Shown: positions 45,408 through 46,707 of the stretch, in pieces | Layout: the number at the start of each line of letters is the position of its first letter | Position numbering within the stretch: the first letter of the stretch is position 1 | Source of the DNA: an uncultured Acidimicrobiaceae bacterium | GTDB lineage: Bacteria > Actinomycetota > Acidimicrobiia > Acidimicrobiales > Ilumatobacteraceae | Direction of reading: 5' to 3' | Assembly: GCA_903904615.1 (NCBI GenBank) | Contig: CAIVDG010000242.1 | Span: 1-46,707 of the forward strand | Length of the DNA: 46,707 bases | Notes under the pieces: generated by a model | What the model was told of the DNA's origin: nothing | Databases searched by the model: none | Seen by the model: the letters and a program-made list of their open reading frames with translations, nothing else | Made by a program: the position numbers and the translations under genes

Positions 45408-45842
45408 GTGATTGAGCAAGTAGTGCAGAAATGGCATTTGTATATGCGTGGACAACTAGAGGGTGGTCTAGACACTCTGCTGGCCGACGATTGCGTGTTC
45501 CACTCCCCCATCGTGTTCACCCCACAAGTGGGCAAGGAAATCACAAAGCTGTACCTTCAAGCCGCCAGCCAAACTCTGCCCGGCGACAAGCAAGCAGAGG
45601 AAAAGGACTCGTCACAGAAAGACGGCAAGTTTCGCTACATCAAAGAAGTGATGTCGGGAAACACCGCGGTGTTGGAGTTTGAGACAACCGTTGAAGGCAA
45701 ATACGCAAATGGCGTCGACATCATCACGTGCAACGACGCAGGGCAAATTGTTGAATTCAAAGTGATGTTCCGACCTCTACAGGCCATCAATGCGGTTCAT
45801 CGCCAAATGGGGGCAATGCTAGAGAAGATGTCGCCGAAGTAA
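45408..45842 (+). CDS. SnoaL-like / NTF2-fold protein, function unknown
   Basis: 144 aa. VVQKWHLYMRGQLEGGLDTLLADDCVFHSPIVFTPQVGKE fits the SnoaL-like polyketide-cyclase fold pattern. GTG start with GGGAGG 7 nt upstream. Confidence 0.55.
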   Translation: MIEQVVQKWHLYMRGQLEGGLDTLLADDCVFHSPIVFTPQVGKEITKLYLQAASQTLPGDKQAEEKDSSQKDGKFRYIKEVMSGNTAVLEFETTVEGKYANGVDIITCNDAGQIVEFKVMFRPLQAINAVHRQMGAMLEKMSPK

Positions 45843-45849
45843 CGGAGAC

Positions 45850-46707
45850 TTATTCTCCAATAAGTTCTTTACGAAGTTCGCGCTTCAGGAACTTGCCAGT
45901 GGCGTTACGCGGAATTGGTTCATCGCGGAACCAGATCTTCGAGGGAATTTTGTGCTTTGCCAAGTTTGGAGCAAGGAATGTCCGCAACTCGTCTTCACCC
46001 AAAGTGGTGCCAGGTCGCAAAACAAGTACCACGGCTACTTCTTCGCCCAAGCGCTCGTCGGGCACTCCGAACACTGCAGCTTCTGCAATGGACGGATGGT
46101 GGTAAATAGCTGCTTCCACTTCAGAGCAGTACACGTTCTCGCCACCGCGAATGACCATGTCTTTTGCACGGTCCACGATGTACACGAAACCGTCTGCATC
46201 AATTCGAGCAACGTCGCCGGTGTTCAACCATCCATCTTTGATGGTTTCAGCAGTGGCTTCTTCTCGGTTCAGGTACCCCGCAATAGTGACGGCTCCGCGC
46301 ACGCAGAGAATTCCCACCGTGTTGGGATCGCGCGGAAGATCGTTGCCTTCTTCGTCGACCAACTTGCCTTCAAGCGTAGGCACAAGCGGCCCACAACTCT
46401 CGGGGCGCTCGATGTACAAACGCGCAGAGTTGGCGGTGATGATTCCGCAAGTCTCGGTCATGCCATAACCGGTGCCCGGTTGTCCGCCTTTCAACGCACC
46501 GGCAATTTTGTGCACAAGATCTGGCTGCACTGCCGAACCGCCGCCACCCATCGATTGCAGAGACGACGTGTCGCGCTTTTCCCAGTCGGGATGCATGAGT
46601 AGTTCGCGACCCATGGTGGGAACACCAGAGAAGGTGGTGACTTTCTCGCGCTCGATGAGTTCAAGTGCACGACCTGCATCCCACTTGTACAGCATGACGA
46701 CTTTTGC
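45850..46707 (-). CDS. AMP-dependent synthetase/ligase (acyl-CoA synthetase family), C-terminal part; 5' end lies beyond the window
   Basis: GYGMTETCG, WLNTGDVARIDADGFVYIVDRAKDMVIRGGENVY, EVEAAIYHHP and HKIPSKIWFRDEPIPRNATGKFLKREL are adenylate-forming core motifs. The frame stays open through 46707 (AKVVMLYKW...), so the M in the track ORF is internal. Confidence 0.85.
   Translation of the reverse strand, partial: AKVVMLYKWDAGRALELIEREKVTTFSGVPTMGRELLMHPDWEKRDTSSLQSMGGGGSAVQPDLVHKIAGALKGGQPGTGYGMTETCGIITANSARLYIERPESCGPLVPTLEGKLVDEEGNDLPRDPNTVGILCVRGAVTIAGYLNREEATAETIKDGWLNTGDVARIDADGFVYIVDRAKDMVIRGGENVYCSEVEAAIYHHPSIAEAAVFGVPDERLGEEVAVVLVLRPGTTLGEDELRTFLAPNLAKHKIPSKIWFRDEPIPRNATGKFLKRELRKELIGE

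Noticed and set aside
1-46707. Scan for CRISPR arrays, IS elements/transposases, prophage genes, toxin-antitoxin pairs or known defence systems
   Set aside because: I saw no regularly spaced direct repeats, no transposase- or phage-like ORFs, and no unassigned multi-gene block. Essentially every stretch longer than about 130 nt is accounted for by a recognisable gene or RNA.

Overview
This is a 46.7-kb chromosomal segment with very little intergenic DNA. Many genes share overlapping stop/start codons, and some convergent genes share stop codons. Gene content and order are typical of Actinomycetota core regions:
- lepA/rpsT/holA/comEC/comEA
- rimP-nusA-infB and proS
- ispG-rseP-dxr
- cdsA-frr-pyrH-tsf-rpsB
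- M23 peptidase, a WhiG/FliA-type sigma factor, xerC, dprA and yifB
- rph-rdgB, mec-cysM and smpB-ssrA

Homologues of Mycobacterium tuberculosis Rv2466c, an F420-type LLM oxidoreductase and a PAC2 protein point the same way. I infer a streamlined actinobacterium, possibly Acidimicrobiia-like; GC content was not computed.

I found no CRISPR array, IS element, prophage, toxin-antitoxin pair or recognisable defence system. Most of the window is ordinary housekeeping DNA.

The observations most worth a second look are:
1. A well-formed 74-nt tRNA (37327-37400) has a leucine UAG anticodon and Leu-like D-arm, anticodon loop and A73. Its variable loop is only 5 nt (class I shape), which is not expected for bacterial tRNA-Leu.
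2. That tRNA sits inside a cluster of three PLP-dependent enzymes of unknown role. It ends 2 nt before the GTG start of one of them.
3. An intrinsic-terminator-like hairpin lies inside the rimP-nusA-infB leader and may be a NusA attenuator.
4. The rpsB leader can form a pseudoknot-like fold next to its Shine-Dalgarno (SD) sequence.
5. XerC carries about 130 extra N-terminal residues resembling a second core-binding domain, and it is translationally coupled to the sigma factor.
6. A 4-TM ORF lies antisense to the apparent 5' extension of comEC.
7. The mec-cysM pair lacks the cysO carrier gene.

All folds and homology calls were made by eye from the sequence and the ORF track. None has been checked with software.
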